Origin: Eledone cirrhosa
Lineage: Eukaryota
Reading direction: 5' to 3'
Assembly: GCA_964016885.1 (NCBI GenBank)
Contig: OZ024751.1
Span: 26,350,001-26,414,000, forward strand
DNA: 64,000 nt
A program made the translations under genes and the position numbers. Positions 1 to 13,300 of this stretch are shown here, piece after piece. Position 1 is the stretch's first letter. Each line of letters opens with the position of its first letter. The notes below the pieces were generated by a model. It was given only the letters and a program-made list of their open reading frames with translations. It was not told the DNA's origin and ran no database searches.

Positions 1-617
1 AAGTGTTAAGGCCATTCCTCCACTCCCTCCTAAAATAGGGTTTAGCCTTGCTAGAACAATGACAGGCTCTGTACTTTGTTGCAAAGGACCCCAGGCTAAG
101 TTTTATACCCAGATGACCTTGCTCTTTCCAGCCCTATTAGTTGCCTTTTCCAACATGCAGGGATACATCATCATCATCATTGTTTTTACGTCCACTCTTC
201 CATGCTAGCATGGGTTGGCTGGGATAATTCGAGACATTTTACAGTTGGATGTCCATGTCCCTCCTAAAGATAACTTGCCTCACATGTAGGAGGAATAAAG
301 TGTAACTATTCTAAACTGGATACACAGCTGTAGTCGGATAAGAACCACAATAAAGAATGGTTTCTGATTTAGGCACAAGGCCAGCAATTTTGGGGGAGTG
401 GGAAAGTAGATTAAATCGACCCTAGTGCGTGACTGGTACTTTATTTTATCGACCATGTAAGGATGAAAGGCAAAGCTGACCTTGGCACAATTTGAAATCA
501 GAACGTAACGGGCCATAACTCCACGCTGCAAAGTATGTTGTCTGGTGCTCTACTAAGACAGAAATTCAGTAAAAAGTATAAGCAAAACCTTCAAATAACA
601 AAAGTTTGTCAACTGAC

Positions 618-826
618 CATAAATCTATTTTCAAAGGTTAAGTCAAGTTCACTCTCTTCACAGTTAAACGACATTCCAGGTAGTTTGGTCATCACCTTCA
701 TATAGATGGCTTCTTTTGGCTGCACACGGAACACAAGTTCATTCCTCTTAATTTTACCAGGGGTGAAGATGTCAGATGGAACAGATTTAAACTGGATCCG
801 GATCTCAGCTTTACGTTCATTGAGAG
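618..826 (-). CDS. G6PD: G6PD coding exon 10 ([13 protein letters not shown]...[11 protein letters not shown])
   Basis: ttccag| ... ATG|gtcagt. Confidence 0.95.
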
Positions 827-3800
827 CTGGAATAAAGGGAGGGTAGGATGTGTGAGAATAGGGGTGGAGATTGAGGGAGAAGAGACTGGATGAAGATGGA
901 GTGGGAGTATAGTCAGGGTGGAGATGAGGCTGAATGTGTGAAGGTTAACACTGAGAAAAGAAGCAGATCCTGACAAATATTTCATTTTTTTTTATGAGTT
1001 ACTGACCCCTACAAATATTAACTACAGCCCCACACATCATGAACTACTTACCTTTCCAACAATACAGACATCTTAATGAAACACTGAACTGCTTACCTTT
1101 ACCACACCTGAGGATAAAAGGTACACCTTTCCAACGTTTATTCTCTACAAATAATACAGCAGCAGCAAATGTGGGAGTCACAGAATCTATAATAATAATA
1201 ACAATAATAATAACAACTGCATCTAATTTCAGCAAAAGAAAAATTTAGGGTAAGTGTAAAGTTGATTAAATCAATCCAGTATTTCACTGTCGTTTTAACT
1301 TCAGAAGCATGAAAGAGACAAAGATGACCTTGATGGCATTTGAACTCAGGAAATACCAATAACAATCTGTTCAACACTTTCACTAAGCTGTCACCACTGA
1401 CACCATACATACATACGTAGTGAACAGATTGTTATCGGTATATCCTGAGTTCAAATGCCATCAAGGTATGTATGTACGTACATACATAGATAGATAGATA
1501 GATACACATACAAAGCAGGCTACTAAATTTCACTCTGAAGTGACTTCTTTAAAAGAACTAAAACTTTGTAAAACTTAGTCATTTTTTACCGAAAGTGGAA
1601 TGGAAAGTAAACAAATAATTGAAACAGTCTGAACAGAGAAAATCCAAAGGTCAAATATATCACAAAATGGTTTTAAAATAATTATTGGAAAATAGTTAAG
1701 ATAGATAATTCTTGTATAAATAATTCCAAGGAAAATAACTCTTACATAACTTATTCTAAGGGAGATAACTTATCGTTGAATTTCAATTTACTTTTAAAAA
1801 TCTCTGGATATCATTATGCATAAAGTTGCCCCTAATTTTATTATGGAAAAGCAGTTATTTTAATGTGTTTGTGTTTAAATTTAAAACCTTCCGTTATCAT
1901 TATAAGTAAAAATATTCTCTTAAGTTCAAAGCGCCAGCTTAATAATAAGAAAAATATATTACTAAATTAATTAAAAATTATAATATATTTTTTATTTATG
2001 GAATATATCAGTTTAATAGAAAAGGAAGCAAGAGAGAAAAAGGAAAAGTTGTAGTCTGTTTTATTAGAAATAAGGTAATGAGAAGATTAAAGGGGTTATA
2101 TTTCTCTAAAAACCTTCCACCATAATTTTACGTAAGAAAATTCAAACAATTATGTTCCAAACACCAGCTTAATAATGAGAATCGTTTTTATTATTTTCAA
2201 AATTAATTTATAATCATAGACAATATATTTCTTAGAACTTCTGTCTCAGAGAACTGTTGATGGTGAATATATTATACTTACTACTAGGCACAGTGGGATC
2301 ATCAAGGTAACCCATTGAGCTGTCGCCCTCAGCTTCAGGATTTCCAACATACTGACCAAGTACAACATTCTTCATTTCAGGAGGTTGAATACACTTGAGT
2401 ACGTTCACCTGTTAATGAGAATATTGTAGCAAATATCATAGCAAACCTTCTGAAAACTTCACATACACACACAAACGCACATATATATATATATAAATAC
2501 CTTCTCATTTCTGATATCTTTAGCACTTGTACTGGAAGGCTGCTCCATGGCCACAATTGACAGTAACTGAAGTAGATGATTCTGCATTACATCCCTGAAA
2601 TATAGCAAAAATTTCCTTTGTTAAGTTTATATTAAAGAGTTACTGTGGTAACATCATACTGTGCTAACTGCTACATCACATCCCCCAAATACTCAAGCAT
2701 ATATCCTCAGCAGATCCTTGCTAAAGTGCTGAAGTACATCATACATGTGATAAGCACAGCAAAAGTAAAACCCATAGTAGAAGAATCTCCAACATTTTAT
2801 ATGACAGGAGGCAGAAAATAATGGCCTGAAACAGCTGTGCCATACATGGCATGGGTATCGAGTTTTCTGGGTGGTGCGAACAACTGAATGTACAGCAGAC
2901 ATCCCAGGATCAGCAAAACACCAAGAAATCTTCAGAAAGAGTGGTTTGAGGTTGGATATAATACTCCATTCCAGTTCATCAAAACAGCTGATTTTAATTG
3001 AACTTACCATACCATTTGAAAGTAGATTAGAGGATGCACATGTATTCAAGACCAAAAAATATGCCAGTTTGAAGGTTGCCAAGTTCCAAGTCAAAGTTCT
3101 CACCGTAAAGGTTGGCGTGAGAGGCTTTGTGGGAAAATAAGCCTACAATCTCACAAAACAACTCAATCTCTGGGAAGACAAGGACCTTAAGACAATATCA
3201 GAGGCAGTGGAATAGAGATCCAGCTAGGGACTACGCTGTTTACATCATAAACCCTGATATACACCAACATATCCCCTCACGAGGTCCTTATTAAGGACTG
3301 TATTGAGTACTTAGTAACACCATAGACACTACAGCACATCCCTATCAAATGTACCAACAGTTTCAATCACTGGGTTCTTAAAAATAAGGGAATCCAGCCA
3401 TGACACAGCCTCAAAATATTCCATTTAACCCAATGCTATCATAAGAAAGCAGACATTAAAATAATGATGATGATGATACTACATCAACAACAAGTGTTTT
3501 AAGGCTAAAGAAGGGGTTAGCCATGTGAGGCCTATAAAAGGTTTCCTACCCATAAGGGAGTCCTTTTGGGGGGGTAAAGTTTTGCAGGTGGATACCCTTT
3601 CTGCTGCTAATCCCTTTATTTGCCTCTTATGTATTGATGACAATAATGGGTTCTGATGTAGACACAAGGCCAACATTATTAGGGGAGGGGAAAATCGATT
3701 AAATCAACCCCAGTGCATTACTGGTACTTTATTTTATCGACGGCCCCGTAAGGCAAAGTTAACTTTGACGGAATTTGAAGTCAGGATATAAAGGGTCATA

Positions 3801-4452
3801 ACTCTATGCAACAAAGCATATTGTCTGACTCTACCGATTCTGCCAATCCACCGATTAGTAGTAGTAATAATAATTGTTTCTACTTTAGGCACAAGGCCAG
3901 CAATTACCCAGTGCATTACTGGTACTTTATTTTATCGACCCCGTAAGGATGAAAGGCAAAGTCAACCTCGGCAGGATTTGAACTCAGATCGTAAAGGGAC
4001 GTAACTATGCTGGAAAGCATGGCGTCCGACCCTCCACCGACACTGCCAATCCACTAGTAGTAATAATAATAATATACAGACACAAACCTGATCATTCCTG
4101 ATTGGTCAAAATATCCACCTCTGCCCTGAGTTCCTATTGGTTCCTTGAAACTGATCACCACGGAGGCAATGTGATTGCTATTCCAGATTGGATTAAAGAT
4201 CAGGTTGCCAAATCTAGAAATAAATAAATTAATTAATCTTAAAATTAATTATAAGATAACTGGAGAATCAAAAAATATAATGCTGCTGCTGCTGCTGGTA
4301 GTGGTAGTGGTAGTAGTAGTAGTAGTAGTAATTTACCTGAAGATCATAAGGTTCTGTACCATTTCCTTGCCCAAATAATGGTCAATTCTGTAGATCTGTT
4401 CTTCATGAAACATTTCAGAGATATGTGCACTGAGAGTTGTGTAGGAGTTCAA

Positions 4453-4483
<31 letters not shown>

Positions 4484-7400
4484 CTTGTCCATCTCGACCT
4501 ACAAACACAATTAGGAACCTGTGAGAGTGACCTGTTAGAAATAGCAGCCAAATCTCCTTCCTTCATATCACACACTAGTGTCTTATATATATATATATAT
4601 ATAATATATACATATATATATATAATATATACATATATATATATATATGAAACCATGAGAGAGGCCTCTATATGGTAGTTAAATCTGTTAGAAATAGCAG
4701 CCAAATCTCCCTGAAATCACCCCTTATTGTCTTATCTATGTATGAGGGTGGGCTAAAAAATTCATAGGCTGACTATGAAGGAGTGATGCTAAAGCTGTGA
4801 AATCTTGCATGCATTAATTTCAACTCATCCTATTAATAACTGCATTGTTTTGTTCCAGGTAAACTGATATCTGACTGTTCAAAGAAGACTTTAAAAGTAA
4901 CTAGTAAATAGACAAAATTTGGCATTGTGGTGTTATCACCAGCAGAAAAAGGGGTTAACCCCAAAGGACATTGATGCTGACATGGTTACAACATTAAGGG
5001 GTGACACTCCAGCTTCATCAACAGTGCAAAAGTTGACAGTTGAATTTAGGAAGGTTTCTACTTGGTGGGTGCCACGTCTTCTGACATCTAATTAAAAGCA
5101 CACCAGGTTGATCACATCAAGGGAAAATCTGACATTGTTTGAGGCAGATCCAGCTGGTTTCCTTGAACATTTCCTAACCCAGAATGAGTGTTGGAGTCAT
5201 CACTTTGAGCCAGGGACAATACAAAACACCCCACCTCACCTGCTCCAAAGAAGGCCAAGGTCATTTCATCTGCAGGGAAGATGATGGCCTCAGTTTTGGG
5301 AATGCAAAAGGCATTGTGTTCATTGACATTCTTCAACCTAGGCCAGCATAGAAAATGATGATGAATACTCAAAGCTAGATCAGATAGTATCCTGTCCAAC
5401 TCTAAGAATTACATCGATTCACTGCTCCTGGAATGGAAGTTTATTTTCTTGATCCCAAAAGGATAAAAGACAAAGTTGACCATGATTGGGATTTGAACTC
5501 AGGTATTTAATCAGATCCTCTAATGACTCAGCCAATTTGCTACCTTCTTCTTCACCTATTTATTCCTGAGGGGGTCATGGGAGCAGAGACCTCAAACAGT
5601 CCTTCCAGCAGGTCCTGTCAGAAGCAACCATCTCCATCTGGTCCAGCTGGATCTCCAAGCGTGACCAGCCAAGCTCATGGATGTTATCCAACCATCTTGC
5701 TCAGGGTCTACCTCTGGGTCTCCTACCTGTTGGATTTGCCTGTAAGATCTGCCCAGTGATTCTTTCCTGAGACATTCTATCCCCGTACCCATAGTATCGG
5801 GGCTGTGATCTCTCAATTCAGAGAAGTAGCAGCTCTACCTCGAGTGACTCTCTCATCTCTCATCTATACACTTTATTGAGCAATGTTACTCCAAAGAATT
5901 TGCTACCTACGTTTATAAAATGAGGTAAAAACATAACCAACACTCACTTATCAGCCATGCAGACATCCTTGATCTGTGCTGTCACAGGTTCAAATATGTT
6001 GGGAGGCAGTGCCAGGTAGAAGATACGGTTACATTTTCCTTTTGATTCTAACAAAGTGTTTAATTTTTGGAAATCTTCCTTGCTGTCGTAGTTCCCAGAC
6101 ATGTACTCATTGATCTTGAAGAAATCTTGCAGGAGATCCATCTCGGTACTCTTCACCTGTGCAAGAAAAATATTTTTTAAATCACAGCTTATTCATCATC
6201 ATCATCATCATCGTTTAACGTCCATCTTCCACGCTAGCATGGGTTAGATGGTTTTGTTCCATTTGGTGGTGGCTTCTGGGATGTGTGATTGTGGGGGGGG
6301 GGGGGGGGATACCGTCCCAATAGGAGTAACAAGAACTGCCAGAGAGGACTGGTCCGGGGTTGTAGTAGTAGTATGCCAGTGGATTGGCAGAATTGGTAGA
6401 GTGTCGGGCAACATGCTTTGTGGCATATTGTGTTTACACACCCCTCCTGCTGCTGCAGCCCAATCCCTCCCCTACTCACTACACCCAACCCTTCCTCCCC
6501 CCAATGCCATCCCTCCCCTACTCACTACACCCAACCTTTCCTCCCCCCCAATGCCATCCCTCTCCTACTCACTACACCCAGCTCTTCCTCCCCTACTCAC
6601 TACACCCAACCCTTCCTCCCCCCAATGCCATCCCTCCCCTACTCACTACACCCAACCCTGCACCAGAACATTAATGGCAAGGATCTCTCCAGTTTCAGGG
6701 GTGAGGGGCTGTCAAGTCATGGGCACTGTCCCTTCCCCCAAAAAGTTGTTAAATTCCACTAAACTGGGGGAGAAAAAAGGGAAAGGAGGAAATGAAGTGG
6801 AGGGGAAGGGAGGTGACAAAAAACAACAGAAGACTAAACAACAACAACAACACTTACCTTCATATAGGGCTGTACCTTCTTGAAAATCTCAGACATTTCT
6901 AATTTACTGCGAGAAAAGCCAACAAAATATGTTTGAGGTGGCAGCAACTGATCCCTGAAGAGACACCTGTTGACAGGAACATGTAGAAACATCTAATGAG
7001 AAATATGTTTTGTCTATATCATGTATGTATAATTAAATTCTCATTCCTCAGACCCTTGTAATGACTATTCCATGTTGCCTTGGCATCAGTGTCAGCAAGC
7101 GTACCATTGTTATCCCAGACTTCTTCCCACAACATCACTATTTTCCCTGACACACTGCCTCGCGATCCTGAACACCTCACCTCTTCGTCATATGTATGTG
7201 GGTGTTGTGCGAGTGTGTGTGATCTGTGTTTGTGTATATGTGTGTGCGGTCTGTGTTTGTATATGTGTGTGCATGTGCATTGACAGGAATATACAGAAGT
7301 GGTAAGGATTAGAGAATAGATTTAACTATCTGTCATACATGTTTAATTAAACCAGGAGTTTGTAAAGGAGACCGATGAAGCTATTCATAGGACCTGTAAT

Positions 7401-8707
7401 GCTGTTTTCTCTTCTAAAGCTGGGAAAATGGACTTCAAACATTTGTAGTTGTGTTGATATATATGTTTTAATTAAATCGTCTGTGTATCAACTAAAAGAT
7501 TTCATACGAGGAAGGACATCCAGCTGCAAAACACTGTCTCAAAAAGAAACCCCTGATGTGTATAAAGCCTGTAACGGAGTCGATAAGGCTAACTCCTTTA
7601 AATTTCTCCTCCTCCCCTTATTCCTGGGAGGGTCATGGGGGTGGAGTCCTCAAACACTCCATCCAGTAGGTCCTGTCAGAAGCAACCGTTTCCATCTGAT
7701 CTGGCTGGATCCATAAACGAGACCAGCTGAGCTCAAAGATGTTATCCAACGATTTTGCTAGGACCCCTGGGGTCGCCTGCTCGTTGGTTTTGCTTGTAAA
7801 ATCTATCCAGCGATTCTTTCCTGAGACATTCTAATTATATGTCATTAAATTTAATTAAGATAAAATATGTTTGATGTAGCAGTAACTGGTTCTTGAAATC
7901 CCTATTAACAGGAATGTAAGGAAATGGTGATAACTAAAGAACACCTGGCCTTGAGGGGGTCAAGTCTTTTGTTTGAGGATTCCTTCCACCCAGCAGCCAC
8001 AGAATAGGTGATGGGAAAATAAGAAAAGATAAAATATGCTTCAGGTGGTAATAAACTGGTCCCTAATGAGACACCAGCTTCAGGTGATAATAAACTGGTC
8101 CCTAGAGACCAGCTTCAGATGATAATAAACTGGTCCCTAATGGGACACCAGCTTCAGGTGATAATAAACTGGACCCTAGAGAGACACCAGTTGAAAGAGT
8201 TTAGAAACAGGTGAAAAATAAAGATTTGATGTGAACAGGTGATGTAGGTTTAACTAAATGACAGGTGTTCCATAATTGTTTCTACTTTAGGCACAAGGCC
8301 AGCAAGTTACCCAGTGCATTACTGGTACTTTATTTTATCAACCCCGTAAGAATGAATGGCAAAGTTAACCTCGGCGGGATATGAACTCAGAACATAAAGA
8401 GCCATAACTCTATGCTGCAAAGCATGGTATCTGATGCTCTGCCGATCCTGCCAATCCACTCCCCTCACAATTTTAATAATGAGAAACTTATATGACTAAA
8501 TCCCTTCAGATTCTCAATTATTTGAAAGATTATATAAAAAGATCATAGAGTATTTTTCATTATATGGTAATATAAGAATATAATTCTTCTGGGGTAAATA
8601 GATACAAAGTAACATACTTACCATAGTGTTGGGTAAATCTTCTTTCTTGCCAAATCTCCCTGAAAGTAAATGAGAAAGTTTTACACGAAATTGGTCAGAA
8701 TTTAGTT

Positions 8708-8752
<45 letters not shown>

Positions 8753-9973
8753 AGCAAAGGGATATTTAATTTGGTGGTAATTCAACAAATATATATATTT
8801 ATAACTGATTAGAAGAACTCTACAGATTTTCTGGAGTATAATATCAATGATATTAATAAATGGAAACTATATTTATAGAACCATATTTATTCTATTATAT
8901 ATATTTCAAGGGTACCAAAACTTTGGTACACACTCATCAGATAAAATATAAAGTTTGTTATATAAATATTGACATATCCAGGAATGAGACCTTAACGGTT
9001 CCAGTTTTACCTGGATAGTATCAGAGGGTGCTCTGAAAGTGTAGTAGCCAGAGTTAGAACGGGATGGAAAAAGTTCAGAGAACTAATACCACTGTTGGTC
9101 ACAAGGGGTTTTTCTCTAAAAGTGAAAGTCAGATTGTATGATGCTTGTATACGAACGGCAATATTACATGGTAGTGAGACCAGGGCGTTGTGTGCTGAAG
9201 ACTTGCGTAGATTAGAAAGAAATGAAGGTTGCATGCTCTGATGGATGTGTAATAGTAATGTATAAAAAAAGTGCAGAGCAATGAAAATTGATGGAAGCTA
9301 CAAAGTGGGTAGACCCTGAAAAACCTAGGACGAGATGATAAAAACTGACCTTGCTCACTTACACCTCTTTAAGACACCGACACTGGATCGCTATGCAGTT
9401 ATACTGAAAACCTGCCTTCCCTTACATACAAACTTAAACCTACAGTCAGTAGGCACCTCTTAACCCAATATACACCCCACTCCACAACCTCCTACTCCAT
9501 CCTCCCATTTCCGTCCACTGTAAAGTGGTCGTGTAGGTGACATGTCAAAATGCACCCAGTCCACGCTGTAAAGTGGTCGTGTAGGTGACATGTCAAAATG
9601 CACCCAGTCCACGCTGTAAAGTGGTCGTGTAGGTGACATGTCAAAATGCACCCAGTCCACACTGTAAGGTGGTCGTGTAGATGACACGGTAAAAAGACTC
9701 CCAGTCCACACTGTAAGGTGGTCGTGTAGGTGACATGTCAAAATGCACCCAGTCCACACTGTAAGGTGGTCGTGTAGGTGACACGGTAAAAAGACTACCA
9801 GTCCACACTGTAAATGTGGTTGGTGTTAGGAAGGGCATCCAGCCGTAGAAAACCTGCCAGAACAGTTCTGTACAAGCGAGACACGGTCTCCCGACCAATC
9901 TTGCCTCAAGTGGGACAAAACCGTTCAACCCATGCTAGCGTTGAAGATGGACGTTAAACAATGAGATATATAC

Positions 9974-10037
<64 letters not shown>

Positions 10038-10103
10038 ACAGGAGATCCCCATACAGGCAATATTAGAATGCTGATGAAGTGCGTATACATTTTTGGGGAC
10101 ACC

Positions 10104-10154
<51 letters not shown>

Positions 10155-10321
10155 CACTATTGGTCATATATCCGAGATGGTAGTGTTGCTACACACATAT
10201 ATAAATATATAGTATTGGTCATATATATGGGACAGTGGTACCGCTACACACAGACACACACCACACTATATATAGTATTGGTCATATATCTGGGAGCGAT
10301 GGTGGTGCTGCTACACACAGA

Positions 10322-10378
<57 letters not shown>

Positions 10379-13300
10379 TCACCCACACACATGCTTACAG
10401 TATAGGTCACATATCTAGAGCAGCATTACTGCTACTCAAACATCTCACACACTACACCTCTCCTCACACACACACTACACCTCAACTCACACACACACAC
10501 ACTAGACATTACACCTCACCTCCCACACTACACCTCACACACACTACACCTCACACACACTACATCTCACATGCTACAACTCCAAATATTCACCATTCAA
10601 TAGTCTCCTCCTTTTTCTACTACAACCACTACTACAACAGCCTCTGCTCTTCTCATTCAGCAGCTTATTTCACAATTTAATGAAGTTCCAAGATTATGTC
10701 ATAGACAGACACCAATCCATTTCCTTAGTCTGTTCCTTTATTAACCTTGAAAAGATGGTAAAGTTGACCTTAGCAGGATTTGAACTGAGAACACGGAGAG
10801 CTAAACCACATCCTGCAAGGGATTCTATCAGAGTTTCTAATGACCTGACTACCCAGTCACCTCCCTCTCTAACCAACCACTTTACATATATATAAACTTG
10901 TCAAATCGGACCAAGGAAACAATGTTTCCATTGGTCTTTCCGTTGCTGATACTATCTACCAGTCGCAACACCTGGCAGAAAGAGTAATGTGAAATAAAGT
11001 CTCTTGCTCAAGGACATAATGCATCACCCAGACCAGAAATTACATTTGCAACCTCATGATTGCAAATGTAATTCTCTAATCACTAAGCCACACACCTTGA
11101 GAGAGAGGGGGAGAGAGGGAGAGAGAGAGGGAGTGAGTGAGTAAGCATGACTATAGTTTGCTATTTGACCTTTCTTCATTCATTCCTTAGCAAAGGGTAG
11201 GGACGCGGGGGGGGGGGGGGGGGGGGGGGCAGAAATTGTGGCAACACAAAAATGAGTTACTCAAGTTTCTATCCAAAGGTCAGGGTGTGTTCATATCCGA
11301 GTGTGGTTATGTGTATAAGTGGATATGTGTGTGTATGCCATTGTGTGTGTGTGTGTGTGTATGTGTGTGTGTGTCTGGTTATACATGTGTGTGAGTATTG
11401 TGTCTGTGTGTGCGTGTCTATGCATATCACTGACAACTGCATGTGTGGATCATGTGTGCCAACAGGTCAACAGTGTCTATTAATTCTTAATGTCTTAAAC
11501 ACCAACTAAGACCTACCTTACACATTAAGATCTATCTTAAACTGCAACTAAGACCTAGCTAAAACACCAATTAACACCTACCTTAAACTGCAACTATGAC
11601 CCACTAAGACCTATCTTCAACAAAGACCCATCTTAAACTCCAACAAAGACCCATCTTATTGCCTCACAAGGTACTCTATGATGGTTATAAAATGTGTCAT
11701 GATACTCTCAAGCCTAATCTCTGCTTTAGCTGGGAAAAATATCCTTAACTGGATTTTGTGACCATATTTCAATTAATTGATAAAAAAGTTTTAGGGATTT
11801 ACTAAAATTATTTATTTTATTATGCTGTGAGATTTTAATTTATATAGGAAGCCTTTAAAACGGGTGCCTTTGTTTCATAGAACCAGAGTCAGTTTTAAGT
11901 AGTATCACTAGGGTTAAAATACAAGTTGTTGTTCAACGAGGTACTTCACTGCGAGTTTGAATTCAGGACCTGCTGCTACTGCTGAGAAAGATACTTCATT
12001 GTGAGTGACTCAAGACCTGTGTTGTTGTTAAGAGAGATACTTCACTGAGTTTAAACTCAATACATTTAACGACTGAACCATATCAGTAATTATTGATCTG
12101 AGGCATAATCAATAATTAAAATATACAAATAACAACAAAGATACTATGACTCGTTAAGACTGAGTATCCACTGAGGACTAATCTATATTTACATGATGTT
12201 TTTTAATTAGTGATGATGGCTTTTGGGACAAATTAAGCGTTTTTACTTTCAACTGTTACGAAGCAACATATAGAAGTTATACTGGTTTCTTAGATCAGGT
12301 CAAAGTGGGGAGTAGGGTAAGGTGTGGGTGGTGGAGTGTGGAGTATGGTGGGATGGGGTGGTGGGTGTGGGGTAAAGGGTGTGGTGTGTGATAATTGGTG
12401 TGGTGTATTGATGGTGGTGGTGGGTGGTGTGTGGTAATTGGTGTAGTGGTGTGGTGATGAGATAAAGGGTGGTGTGTGGTAAATGGTGTGGAGTAGAGGC
12501 GGTGTGGTGTAGAGGTGGTGGTGGTGGGTGGTGTGGTGTAGTGGTGAACCTGAAGCCATATAGTTGAGAAAGGAATTTCTTAAAATAGAGTAGTGATAGA
12601 GTATAGATAGAGTATAGATAGAGTAGAGATAGAGTATAGATAGAGTAGAGATAGAGTAGAGATAGAGTAGAGATAGTAGAGATAGTAGAGCTAGGATATA
12701 GACAGAATATACATACAATAAAGATACAACACAAATATAATATAAATACAACTGTGATAGAATATAGATATAATATATGTACCCATAACTCTTGATAGAG
12801 TCACAGGTGTGCCATAGTGACATAAAGTGTGTTTTGGGTATTTTATACCCAGTGAATCCCATCTGTTCTCCATGACTGAGCACAAGTGATTTCTGAGAGA
12901 GAGAGAGGAAGAATCAACCCCAGTACTTGACTGGTACTTTTTTATCAACGTTGAAAGGATGAAAGGTAAAGTTGACCTGGGTGAGATTTGAACTGAGAGA
13001 GAGCAGGGTTTCAGCCCGACATTGTGAGGTGAACAGCTCTGACAGAGATTATAATAGAAATATCATGTTACATCCTTTAAAACCTCCATGCTTCCCGAAA
13101 TTCGCCAACACTACACCTAATGTTCCCCCTCCACACACATACACACATGTATATCATGACTCATACACTATTCACTTCCCTGACATTTGTATATTATTCT
13201 ATGTACTATACATGCACGTTTGATGAGTTGTAGTGCACCTGAGCACTTTACACAATAATTTCATTATTATTATTTTTTTTTATTACATAAGTCTTAACAT

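Noticed and set aside
4700-4716. 17-bp match to the G6PD exon 2 acceptor (GCCAAATCTCCCTGAAA)
   Set aside because: Part of a dispersed repeat tail (GAAATAGCAGCCAAATCT, also near 4540 and inverted near 52325); coincidental.
6248-6883. 211-aa Pro-rich ORF
   Set aside because: Chimera of SINE pieces and a C-rich tandem repeat within a G6PD intron.
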